DNA of 64,000 nt, taken from assembly GCA_000934665.2 (NCBI GenBank), contig JYFJ02000867.1, positions 1 to 64,000 on the forward strand. Direction: 5' to 3'. Origin of the DNA: Catajapyx aquilonaris (lineage: Eukaryota). Under the pieces are notes generated by a model, which saw nothing but the letters and a program-made list of their open reading frames with translations, was not told where the DNA came from and did no database searches. Numbering within the stretch: position 1 is the stretch's first letter; each line of letters begins with the position of its first letter. The translations under genes were made by a program, and so were the position numbers. This document shows, piece after piece, positions 24,243-36,582 of the stretch.

Positions 24243-27200
24243 CTACTTGGGAACTAGCCCTCTTGGTTGAGGATAATTGGCATCCTTATTCTTTGGTCTG
24301 AAAGTGAAAATAATTGCATAAGTACAGTGGCATAAATGTCATTTTTGTTGTTGTGGAAATGTACCTGGGCTTTTCCTTGCGTATTCCTTTCACCCTCGCG
24401 TTGCTGGCGAGCTGTGCGAAACTGGCGTCAATGTCGATGTCCGCTTCCAGCTCGGTCAGAGCGTTAAAAAGCGCGGCCTGCACCCTGGCGTTGACGACTG
24501 GACCCTCGTACTCTCGAGTGGTTTTAGTGGCCAAGTCGAGGTCGAACTGCATGATGTTTTCGCCCTTGTATCGTGACGCGCCTTGCATCCCCATGTTGGC
24601 GGCCATACGCGCGTACTCCGAGACAGGACGCCGTGCCCCTGACGCCGAGACAGGTCTCTTGGACATGAGCGACTGGTGAGGGGACGACGTGGAGGTGACG
24701 GTGCTGAGCGGCAGCATCTTCCACTGGTCCTCCTCCTCATCATACCTTTGCGTAATGTAAAGGCAATGTTTATTAACAACTCTGTAGAATCTGAACAATC
24801 ACATTATTGCACAGAGCCATACCGTAGCCGTGTGGTGACCTTGGCCTTCTCCTCCGGCGGAATGAAGTTCTCGATGATGAGGTACTTCAGCTTCAGATCC
24901 TTCATGAGGGTATCCTGGGTCATCTCGAGCTCCCGGCGGTCGGTGCTGTAGTCCTCACTCAGATCGTTGATCTCGCTCTTCGTCTGCTGCAGTTTGGACA
25001 ACATCCTCTTCAGCTTGCGTGTCTTCAGCTCCACCTCTTGTTGCAGGGAGGTGTACGTCTCCCGGATCTCCACGGTCGTCTCCTCACGTTCCTCCAGCTG
25101 CTGACACATCTCACGCTCCTTCCTCTGTTGTCAAGGAAAAGTTTCGGTAAGGACATCCCATCCCGCCTGGACAAATTCACTACCTTTTGCTCAGCTATCT
25201 CCTGCCGCCTCTGTTCTAGCGCCCGCTGCTGCTCGTTAGTGTGGTCGATGATGTTCTTTCCTCCGGACAGAAGCTTGCTTTCCAGCGACGTGATCTTCCC
25301 CGCAAGGTTCTCCTGGGACTCCCGCTGCTTGAGGAGCTGCTCCTCTTTTGTACGCAACTCCTGGATGAGCTGCTCCTTCTCCTCCGTTATATGTTCACTC
25401 CCCAGTGCCTCAGCATCTTCCGCTAATTCCGCACCCACATTGCTGTCCTCCTGCAGAAACATATTTAATTGCACATGCTCGTAGAAAAAACATTGCCAAT
25501 TATCACCTGTATGTCCTCCTCGGTGCTGATGCTCTCGTCACTCTCCTCCCCCTTGTGATGCTTATGCCGTTTCCCCTTTTTCTTTGCGGTTCCCTTTTGC
25601 GCCAAAGACGCCTTCAGCCTGGCAATCTCCTGCTGAAACTCCCTGAGGAGGGCATCCTTGGGGTCCTCATTGATGCGAGGCTTGTTCTTGATGTTCTTGG
25701 CCCGATTGGCGTAGCGCAGTGTGGTCAGAGTCTCGTCGTAGTTGTAGCTGGCCGGGCCGATGTTGGCCACCATCACTGTCTTGGCGTTTCCACCCAGGGA
25801 GTCCTGCAGCAGGCGGGTCAGCTTTGAGTCGCGGTAGGGAATGTGCGTGTTCTTCCCGTCCACCAGGGCGGATATCACGTTGCCCAGAGCGGACAGGGAC
25901 AGATTGATCTTGGTCGCCTCCTTCAAACGCTCGCCCTGTTGTAAGAATAAAAGCAGCAATTAAACTGCTGCTACGGCAGATTTGGGATGCGGATTGGCCT
26001 TACCGAAGCACCTGTCTTTGCTTGACGCTCACTCCCTGCGAGATCAACTAGATTGAGCTTCCCGACCCTGATGTGGTTCTCCCCGTCGATACCAATCTCA
26101 CTGCACTCGATGGTGATGATGAAGATGGCATGGGAGCGGCTACTGTGCTCGTTCATGTTGGTGGCCCCCACAGATCTGTTCTGGTTTCCGACGCTCATGA
26201 CGTGCTCAATCTCGTTAGCGCTCTTGCACACGAAGGTGGACAGATCGCGGACATACACACCGGTGTCAGGCCGTTCCTTCAGTTCCAATCGCTTGGTCTG
26301 ATCCTTACAGAGGAGGTCGCGGATTTCCTCCTGGTATATCTCAAGGTAGGAAGTGCGGAGGAGGTACTGCTGATTCTTGGAGCGGGCAATGTGGTTGAAG
26401 ATGTGGTCAAACGAGTGGGGGATCACACCCTTGCGCTCCGGATCACTTCGGATACCTGTGGGATTTCACAAGGTCATTAGCTGGCTTCCACCGCATAAAC
26501 TTTAAAACTTACCCTCCATCGTGTAAGTCTTTCCAGTTCCAGTCTGTCCGTAAGCAAATATAGTCCCGTTGAACCCAGTGAGTACGGAATCTACTAGAGG
26601 CCGGAATGTCTCGTCGTACAAATCCAGCTGTTTGGAACTGAAAAATGCAGACGTACAATATTACATTCTGACATATAGTGAGGACACTATGCAAAATCTT
26701 ACTTCCAATCGTAGACAGCGTCAAAAGTGAATTGCTTTGGATGCTCCGAACCATGTCTGGTATTCTTCAGCTCAATCACACCTCGATCTGGCCACATCTC
26801 CAGCACTCTGCGAATGTTTAAAATTTCGGTTAGCACAATCATGTCCTGCAACGAAATTTCTATCGCTGTTAAGATCCTCACCGATCGTATCCCTCAGCCA
26901 CTTCCTTCTCATTCATGGGGCGACACCTCACCACCACTTTCACACTCTCCGAAACGGCTGCCTTGACTGGGCGAGACTGTTGAAGTAAAGCTCAGTTATG
27001 AAATTATATAGTACACCATGCAATATTTGCTTGCTCTGTACCATGCAGCTGTACTAAATTAAATATGAATTATTATGTAATGCAGCTAATAGTTCGCTAC
27101 CATATAGAACTACGTGATGCTAACATAGAAACATGCGATGAAGACACTTTAATGTGAGGCGATGTGCTACGGAATCATGCCATGCACTGTGCCATGCAAA

Positions 27201-27583
27201 GTGCTCACCCATATGAACTTTGCAGTTGACATAATGGTGTCCTCTAGGAACTCCGTCGAGGCCCTTTACACCTAGATGGCCAACAGTAGCCTTTAGTCAA
27301 AACATCTGGCATAATATCATGAATCTGTATTTTAACTAGCCAAGATAATCAAGATTTTAAACCTGCAAATTGGCTACTGCCGAGAATTTACGGTTGATGA
27401 AATTATCGACATTGCAAGTCCAATAAATGCATTTAAATGTACGCTAAACTTGTATCGTATTTTTAGGTGCGTGCTCACTCTGTGCACCAACACTCATTGC
27501 AGCTGTGCACTGTCCCCTTGCTATATACTCACCATCTTTGATCCTACAGCAGCAATGTGCTCGTTCGAGTCCGTGGGCTTCAT
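24243..27583 (-). CDS. KIF3B: Kinesin-2 motor subunit KIF3B (Klp68D-like), ~737-753 aa
   Basis: Exons 27583(or 27535)-27533, 26976-26882, 26807-26703, 26637-26513, 26455-26004, 25935-25507, 25450-25184, 25124-24823, 24745-24365 and 24297-24243, all in phase. Motifs [10 protein letters not shown]-loop GQTGTGKT, switch I NEHSSRSH, switch [18 protein letters not shown], a coiled-coil stalk, and C-terminal [10 protein letters not shown] matching the recalled KIF3B tail YPQSRGLVPK. The choice of first exon is uncertain. Confidence 0.95.
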
Positions 27584-29889
27584 GCCTGTCCAGGCACCTT
27601 ACACCGCCTGGAATTCAATCAACAATATTAATTACCACTGAACTATTTGCTGACTACTACTTACACTCTGCTTAAAGGGAAAATAATCTAATAATACAAT
27701 ATATAATAAATAATAAAATAATATTGCAAATAATAAACACATTGTAATATTATTTTAGTGCATATAATCAACACATTATAGTGCATATAATATATTGCAA
27801 ATATATAATATTGCATATAATATAATATATTGCATATAATTATGTTTGTGGCTTGAACTTCTGAAGATGTGACATTTGGCAACTAGGCCTAGCTCTACAT
27901 GTCCCTTTTCCATCCCCATTCGAGGCCCCCCCAACCTCTCAAAACGTACCCTAGAATGTTCTCCAGACGATGGTTCTCCTGACAGAGCCCATCAGGTCCT
28001 GCAGGGAAGAATAATCCTTCTGGAAATCCTTCGAGTTCTTCCCATATCAGGGCGAAAATTTTGAGGAAATTTTCTTCTGCTTCTGATTTTTTTTTTCTTT
28101 TCTTGTTGGAACGAAGTGAATTGCATGCTCATTCACAAGCCGACTGTCATTTGTCGTCAAGTTTCGGAAATGAATAGTCAAATATCAATCATTTTAACAA
28201 ATATATGATCATGTTGGTGTTAAAATATATTAATAAAGCGAGGAGTAATATGAAAATTGATTATGAATATTAGTTTGTGGCCAATAGCGTTTAGGGCGCG
28301 TTCAGACTTCAAGCCATGGTGTGTCGTCATCAATTTATTAATGCCAAATTACTCTTAACCTCCGAAAATGTTGGCACACGTTTAATCTACATCTTATTAT
28401 TAAGTGATATTATAAGTTGCAATTAGCACATCGGTCGTACAAGATCTGCGATCACACTTCTCTTCTCATGGTTTGATTTATGAACGCACCCGAATCAAGT
28501 ACTCACTTGATTTGAACGTGATTTGAACTGCGTACTTACATCAGTAGTCTGGAGGTGTTTCGGCTACTGGTGCGGTCCCGGTACCTGCTGGACGTCTACC
28601 CGAGACTTCATATGGTAAGTGGATTATCTGCACATTGAGCTTTTGTTGCCTAGATGGAATGAAAATTCGGCAATGCTTACTTGTTGCGTAGGCTACTTAT
28701 TGAGTCGTGAAATTTCCACATTGCTTATGCAGCGGGAGATGAAAAACATTTTGCAGTAGTTTTCACATGCATTCATGCTCGCGAGGGTATGAGAGTCATG
28801 CTGTGGGTTTCTCGCATCGTTAGGTAGACTCCGGTTACTTGCTACAGACTTATTACAGTAGTCTAATATAATGGAAACACGCTCATTGAATTTTGTGCAC
28901 GAACCTGGTGTAGCTCGGAGCTGTGCATCTCAATATGGCTGCTGTGGCATATACAGAAAGCTGCTGTAAACCCAAGGTGGATTGTTAGAGAAAGTGTAGA
29001 ATAATGCGTGGTGTAAATGACTCGTCTTTATTAATAATGCAGGTACCATAATTATAACAGAATATTGCACAAGAGCAATTATAGCGGTGTGTGTGTCTGT
29101 GGGGGGTGTTAAAAACTGCACAATTAGTGCTCATTTACTCCTACTCTTCGCGGACAAGCAACCGTGGCTGTCAAGCGCGACAATTTTAATGGGGTAAGGC
29201 TTTAGGCGTCGAGGTGTTGGACGCTCCCGCTCAAAGCACTTGTATCTTGAGGCCGATACGGGTTGAAGCGGCTGAAGCACTGAAACCAGGAGCAACACCA
29301 GCAGTAAAATCGGTAGAATCGGTCTGCAGGCTTATCTATTGCATGCGAAAGAAGAGAAGAAAAGAAGCTCCCTTTCAGTGAGACCACTCTTGCCATCACT
29401 TACACTGCCTCAAATTACGACCCAGAAAGAGCCAAATAAGTAACTGTTAACAATCCCACAATACACTGTAAAAGCTGCTGATAGTGCAAAAGCCAGAAAA
29501 ATGTTTACGACACTGTATAGATGGAATTTCTTACGAGTTGGCGCACCCGCACTCGCGCAGCTCCATTGTTCTGACAACAACGCTGCCAGAGTTACTATAC
29601 CCAATGGCCAAACATACTCGTAGCAGGCTCGTAGCCTGTGAGGTTCGTTCCAGAGCCTTGTCAACGTCGCAAATTTCGGCCATTTTGTTCCCTCCAAATG
29701 TAGCGTTGGAAATAAGTGCGGCGCTGGAGAGCCCAGTACCAGCTGTCCTTACATAATAAACGGCAAAGTTTGTACATATGTTTGTCCGGGCTACCTGACA
29801 CATTTCACACCTCTGAGAGCGCTGAAACATTGCACACTGATGGAAATAAACCTGCCTGTGATTGAGGAAATGTCCGAAAACCGAACATT

Positions 29890-32800
29890 TTAAAGGCCAA
29901 ATGCCCAAACGATTTTGGTGTACTGTATGTTGGGTGAGAGGGGGTGGGGTTGTTCTGATAGTTCCGGTATATGCCACTGATGTCGATAGCTGGCAGTGCC
30001 TAATCGGAGGCTAGCGCTTCTAGCTTTGAAAATAGATGGCGTTGAATTGGCGCGGTTTGTTCGAAAACACGCTTGAAAAGTACCAAAAAACATGCAAGTC
30101 ATTGTTAATGCCAACCGTGAAAGCTGCGCGAACTGTGGTGCGCATTCCGTTTGCACTCGTAAAAAAATTCACATACAGGGTGATCCAACTTTATCGCCCC
30201 TACAGTTATTGGAAAAATCGCTCAAGTTGCTATTTTTTAAGCAGCTACTTGCTAAGAGTTACTTTCTCGAGTATCTGTAATAGCACCTGCTGATATTAGG
30301 TCCTATGCCTATGCATAGTACCAATTAATGACCTATTTATTGACACAATCGGGTCTGTCCGGTTCGACAGATTAATCAGATGGATAATATTATCCATCTG
30401 ATTGGCAGTTAGTGACCTCATCTGAATCCCTCCAGAGAACACCAAAATGGGCCCTCTTCAAGGCCAACACATGAATCAGTTTGGAGGTGAGGAAATAAAA
30501 GGGATGATGGGCACCTTTCCACTTCAGGGTCGCAACAGTTCGCATCCGACCATTTGCGATTGACCCATTTGGCCAGCCCTCTGATTGACAGCTAGTGACC
30601 TCATCTGAATCCCTCCAGTGAACACCAACACATTAATCAGTTTGGAGATGAGGAAATAAAAGAGATGATGACTCCTTTCCATTTCAGGGTCGCAACAGTT
30701 CGCATCCATACCCCTCGCGATACACCCATTTGGCCAGTCACAACCCGGCAGACGACCTGTTTCCCACAGGTGACCCTTTTTCCCCCCTCATTAATTGGTA
30801 CATGGGCATTGGACCTAACATCAGCAGGTGCTATTCCAGACTCTCGAGAAAGTAACTCTTAGCAAGTAGCTGATTAAGAAGTAGCAGCTTACGCGATTTT
30901 CACCATAACTGTTGGGGCGATAAAGTTGGATCACCGTGTATAAATATACAGTACCGTGTACAATATCATTACAGTCTCTCGGCCTGGAAAAGTATGTACA
31001 GATTGTGTAAGTTACTGCCAAATTTTAAGAGCATCTGCTATCATCTACATTCCCTACCAGTAGACAGTTGGAAAGTTTACCTGTGTTTCTGCGGGCCTTC
31101 CTATCAGTGCTTGAGCTGCAAACGAATGATGGGACCAGATGAAGTCATTTTGTTCCATATACGGTAATTATAAGATTAGGACGCACCTGATTTCGTCAGA
31201 CTTCACCAGCATACTTTCTAGTGCACTGAGCGAATCCGACTTGCTTGGTGTGGTCACCACGACGTCCCTGAAAGTTATACGATAACACGATGTCAAAACA
31301 TGTCTGTGCCTCCCTTTGTCCGCGTGTAGATGCGCCATCTATGTGAGACATGTGGTACTAATACACAACTTACGTAGGGTCCGTGCATTCCTCGACTCCG
31401 ACTTCTTCTAGAGATATGGCCTCCAGATCGCACGACATGCTGGACCATTCGTCGAGTCTCTTCTTCGACGACCTTTTCTCCTCATCCTCCAGCAGGTCAA
31501 CTTGCGGAATGCAATCGATGGCCTCTGATTCGTCTGATGGTCTCTTGCTGGACATTTCCTTGTCCGATTCCAGTCCCCTGAGCAGCAAATTCGCAGCTTC
31601 CCACACCAGCTCGTAGGAGTAGTTTGGCTGCTGGTCCTGGACAGCAGCTTCTTCCTCTTCATCGTGGAACTCGGGAAGTTTGTGTGTGTCTTCAGTGTGT
31701 GGTTCTTGGACCAGTTTCTCCACCAGGTCCTGGTCTGTCTCCTGGCTAGGTTCCGTGTCGGAATTTTGTCCTGGAGCTGTGATGAACTGCTCCTGGGCAG
31801 GTGCTTGTTCCAACTCCAGGTCCTCAATGGCAACGATGGTGTCGTCCGATTCGTCAAATGGGTTGAACTGTATGGGATACTCGGTGAGACGGTGGTCATC
31901 GTTGTCCTCTTCTTTTTCCATCCGGTTGTTGTACGCTTCTTCTTGGAACCTGGACCTGAGCCTGGCCATCAGATCAGGGCTCCTATAGGTGCAGAAGGAG
32001 ACGACAGCATGTATGGCCATACAGCACACATTATTTTTGATAGCACTTACTTGAGAACCTCGAGGGTCTGGAAAGCTCTGGCGACCATCACCGCAACACG
32101 TAGCGGTTCCTTTGGCTTCCTGGGAAACGCCGCGATTTTTGCCCTCCTGAAACGCATATTTGAGGGAAGGGGGGGGGGGGGCGTGAAATTGGTTTAAAAA
32201 TCCTCGACTCTATTTTTCCTGAGAGGCTTTGTAAATAATGTACTGTAGGTGTCGGCAGCGCAAAAAGTTTAGCAGGCTCACGGGGGCCCGGCAGGTGTGA
32301 AATTAGTTTTCTACTGCGGCAACAACAGTTTTTACAATTTTTTAAAAAACCGGACGCGGTCAGGTCGCATTATAGTATTTTCTCCGCCTCTGCTGTATAC
32401 TAGTATACAGCCACGTTATTGACCAACACACAACTGGATCGCGGAAAAAATTATAGAGCTGTAGTTTCGCTGTACAGCAACATAATTGACTGACCTTCTC
32501 CTGTGCACCCAATCGCGTATGTCCCTCTTCAGCCACCACCTCCGGACAGGGGGCATGTCCTGCTCGTACCTGGACTCCAAGATGAGCTGAGAGGACTGGG
32601 TCGGGCTCAGGAGGACCTGTCGAGTCATGGACTGGGTCGCAGGCTCGAGCTGGTACAATCCGTTCATCTTTTGGAGAGGGGGAAAATGAGTTAAAAAAAA
32701 AAATCATTGCTTTCAATGAGAATTGCAATATGAAATTACCTGTTGAGATGCGCTTCTGAAGAGAAGCTTGGACGGATCCAGCTCCTGTACCAGCGGAGAA

Positions 32801-34419
32801 AACTCGGTGCATCGGAGCAGCCACAGCACTGCGACGTCGTGATCGCTCGTAGGCAGGTACGGGCAGCTGCTGCACCGGTGAAGTGATCGCGTATCTGGAA
32901 GATGCCCCAATTTAATTAATTAATTAATTAGCGAGAGTGGACCCCTTAGAAAGACTAGGCTCCCAGCTGACTGGCCATGCAGTACCATATTTTTGGCACA
33001 TAGATGGGACACTACTGCCACTCTCAGGGTCGTGCGATGACTCACCCAGGACAAACAGAGGCACAGACTTAAGCCAATTCTACGTATGATTAATACCTCT
33101 CTGCAGGATTACGCCTTGATGGAACTTGTTGAGTCGTTTCTTTTCCAAGTCGGCCATAGCCAGCAAGACGTCGAGGTCGTCGGGTGACGACGACGACGAC
33201 ATGTCATCTTCTGATAGCGAGTGGTATTGGCTGCGTGTAAGAGATTATGTGGTGTTCGGGTTAAAAAAAACTATTTTAATAGAAGATCAGATCGTAGTCA
33301 CAACTTAGGTAAAAATTGAGTTAGGGAATGAGTGAGCTCGTATTCTAAACAATATTACATGCTCTAACTTGTAAGTAAGTTTTAACAAATACAAAGATAT
33401 AATTGACAGGCACTAATTAATTTATAAATGATTTTGGAATTTGATCGGAGATTTGTCAGGTAATACGAGTCGACGAGAATTGCGAAAGACGATCTTAAAT
33501 ACGTGTATCCCTCAGAATGTGTTGAAGGTATAGCACCAGGTGATCAGTTTGGAAGGTATGACACGGATATTGATTGGAAAGAGGTTGGAAATAAACTTCT
33601 TCCGCAGGTTAGTGTCAAATTAGTCCTTGTTTCCCCTCGTAAAAGTTTGAACAGAAAGGAATTTGAACCCTTTTATAATACTGTATTGTGACCGACTCAA
33701 TAAAATGCCTGAATTGCCTAGTGATTTTTATTTGGTTCAATATTATATCAAATATACAGATATAGGCTACGTACGTGTAATTATTGTGTAAGATACAGTG
33801 GAATTATTGATGACCAATTTCTGGTGGTCAAGTCAGTTTTCTTCTTACAACATGTTTTAATATATTTTAGATTATTCATTGATGTACCGTACGTACATTT
33901 ATTTGATAAAATACTAGTGAGTCAAAACTTGGCAAAACTGCCAGGGCCCCCGACTGTCCACCTAGTTTTATAGTTCTCACATAGATGGCGCATTCTCCCT
34001 CTCTGCACACTACTGCCTCTCTGCGAGAGGTAGTGGTACAGTACTGTAGCTACATGCATCTTTCGGCATTAAGATGCTTATTATTACTTTCGAAGGGCAT
34101 GTTTAAAATATTAGCTATAGATTTGTCACCTGTCGGCAAGGGACGAGGTCGTAGTCGAGTTCAGAACACCAGAATCGACATGATCGAACCGTGGATTCGA
34201 CGTCGACGCCTCCTCTTCCTCCTCTTCCTTCTCCCCCTTTATCTCCTCTGCTTCTGCTTCTACCTGGAAAACGGGAGGCGACAATGGAGTCATTGACGCG
34301 ACGTAACTACTGTCGAAATTAAGGCGAAACCGGCAGCCCCCCCCTCTAGAAAGTGGCGAAGGAAATTGAATTATGGATGCCGGCACCTGAACTTCCGATT
34401 CGCTGGATCCGCTTTCCAT
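29890..34419 (-). CDS. Uncharacterised multi-exon protein (~584 aa if the last exon is correct), acidic and largely disordered
   Basis: Exons 34419-34130, 33230-33097, 32894-32740, 32667-32495, 32146-32051, 31982-31374, 31267-31187 and 31115-31081 have GT-AG borders and keep one open frame (phases 2,1,0,2,2,2,2,1). Terminal exon 30071-29890 is a candidate only. An acceptor at ~34527 suggests further 5' exon(s). No family recognised. Confidence 0.72.
30176..30938. mobile_element. Non-autonomous Tc1/mariner-type MITE (~763 bp)
   Basis: ~150-bp TIRs (30176-30331 and 30788-30938) with termini CAGGGTGATCCAACTTTATCGCCCC.. and ..GGGGCGATAAAGTTGGATCACCGTG, and TA on both sides. Internal direct duplication 30396-30547 vs 30580-30707. 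Confidence 0.9.
32995..33087 (+). repeat. Dispersed repeat family X copy (CTCF-like head, ..GCCAATTCTA end)
   Basis: Shares CATAGATGG..CACTACTGCCACTCTCAG..GGACA..AGCCAATTCTA with copies at ~1655-1730(-), 33980-34060, 38900-39020(-), 53351-53458, 54408-54524 and 60076-60145. Confidence 0.65.
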
Positions 34420-36271
34420 CGTTGATAGCTTCAGCTTGCGACTGTTCGACGCCAAAGACGAAGACCAGATACGACGTCTAGATGCCGAAGCAACAATGAG
34501 GGTCAACAAGAGGCGGGGGGTGTCGTCTAGGAAACCGACATTCAAAATATAATATAAAATATGTAGGGGAAAATAAGCCTGCACTTCTCTGAGGATGGAT
34601 TTGAAGCCAAAAAGAAGGCGGGGCATGAAGATCGAGGGGGCGGAGCATGGGGATGGATGGTCGGAGCTTAAAAAGGGAATCTCATTAACATATTATATAG
34701 TTTGCGCATGCGTTGAGAGAGTTGACTGTTACATATCTAAAACAAACACTGTTGACTGTTCATATTGTAATTTACTCGAATAATTTTGTCATATTATGTG
34801 ATTACTGTACAACTAGAGAGCCCTGAAGGCTTCAAGGCTCTGTAATAATTATTACAAGTAGGAGTTTTGAAAATATTACTTATGAATTTCCCTACGTGAA
34901 TAGACGAATTAATTATGAATTATAATTAATATTGCATAAAAATATGAATTATTATAACACGAATTCTTATTAAACTAATTAAAAGGATACGAATTATTTG
35001 TGAATATTGTATTTATGAATTAAATTTAAATGAAATGTAATTGAATCTTTTTAACGAAATGTTCAAAATAGAATTATTTTAAATTAGACTAAATTAAATT
35101 ACTTAAAATTAAATCAATTTAAATTGCATTATTTAAATTATATCAAATTATAAATAAATTAATAATTCATTGAATGAAACTTGTACTAAAATTAAATTAA
35201 ACTGAAATTATATGAGAATTAATATTAATAATATGACTTTATTGCTTGAGTCTGAACTAATTAAGCATAAAAGCTTCCGATTTTTCATAACTAACCTGCA
35301 TATTATTAAGCTGTTTACTTCTAGCGCATATTAAAGTATTAGCTACTAACATTACTGCTTCTCGACTTTAACCGCGATTAATACCACCCTGCGGTCAGAA
35401 AGTGTTTCAAAATTAATATTTTTTTAAATCGATGCTGTCGGACCAACACTCCGAATGATTGGCATGTACCGCAGAAAGCAAAACAGACGAATTGTTGTTT
35501 TACATTATCAATTGCTACCCCCTTCCCCTCCCCTTCCAAACCGAAACGTGTTGTTCCGTTCACCACGGAGAAGGCTTCAATAAATAACCGATAAGGCAGG
35601 CGTCATGGGCCTATTTTCTGGCCTAAATCCATAATTATATTTGCATATACAAAGGGGATTGGCTTGGATTTACATTAATTTCTATCCGGGAGCTTTTTGT
35701 GCTATTTTTTTCTCCATAGACCATACCAGCAGTCCCATATACGCCAGACAGATAGGTTATGTACCCGCCCGGGTATTAATGGATATACCACGAAGCTTAA
35801 AACAGGAATTATCCTGGCTGTCGCATGTTTATGTTCGGTCGCAGTCATAGTTTGCATGACTACTGCTGTGCAATGTTGTGCCAAATGCATCAACTTATTC
35901 GGATCGCCAGCGATAAGTTTTTCCCCCGTAATATTACCAACTATTGAGGTAAAACAAACGGAATCTATTTTCCAGAGTCTCTGAAATGTGGTTTCTGAGA
36001 AAACTGGATTTTCCTGGAGGGGGTTACCCAAAATTACCATTGCAATTGCTGGTCCCACGTCCCCCTCCCTTATTTCCGACGAAATAATGGCCTCCGGGAG
36101 GGGCTTGATTCACGAAGCCTATGCAATTCTGCGGCAGTGTATAGGCCCCAGGTTTGCGGTACAGCTATTATATCCACACACGTATACTATAGTCCTCTAT
36201 AATATAGCAATTCACAACCGAAGCGAGTGCTCAATTTCGTAGCAGGAAGGAAATGTGTGTTCATGTAAGAA

Positions 36272-36582
36272 CTAGCAGTGGACCCGTTCTTCGCAAGGGA
36301 GAGAAGTTTGTAAAACCTATAGAAGCGCCATCTGTGATTGCGTGACAAATTGCCCCAGATGAAACACCAAACTTCATTTTTAAAAAACAAAACAAAAATC
36401 ATAAATTTTGGGTATTTAAACTTTAAAAAGTGCAGTTTTCGGACTTTTTCCTCAATCAATGGCACATAATACATAGGTGTGCCAAATTTCAGCACTCTCA
36501 GAGGTACGTAGTGGGTTAGGTAGCCCGGACAAACATACATACAGACAAACAAACTTTTACGTTTATAAGTACAGTATAGAGA
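36272..36582 (-). mobile_element. Non-autonomous Helitron
   Basis: On the minus strand: A|TCTCTATAC..AAAGTTTGTTTGTCTGTATGTATG.. at the 5' end, a subterminal hairpin region and ..GCGAAGAACGGGTCCACTGCTAG|T at the 3' end. TC..CTAG termini, A|T insertion site, no TSD. Confidence 0.85.

Noticed and set aside
24314..26480. Long + strand ORFs antisense to KIF3B (also those antisense to sFRP, Siah and the orphan gene)
   Set aside because: Shadow ORFs arising from the GC3-rich codon usage of the real minus-strand exons.
29531..29760. TGF-beta-like C-terminus (IGYSNSGSVVVRTMELRECGC)
   Set aside because: The upstream cystine-knot cysteines (CxGxC, CC) are missing, and part of the ORF (~29700-29725) matches non-coding sequence at ~56699-56725.
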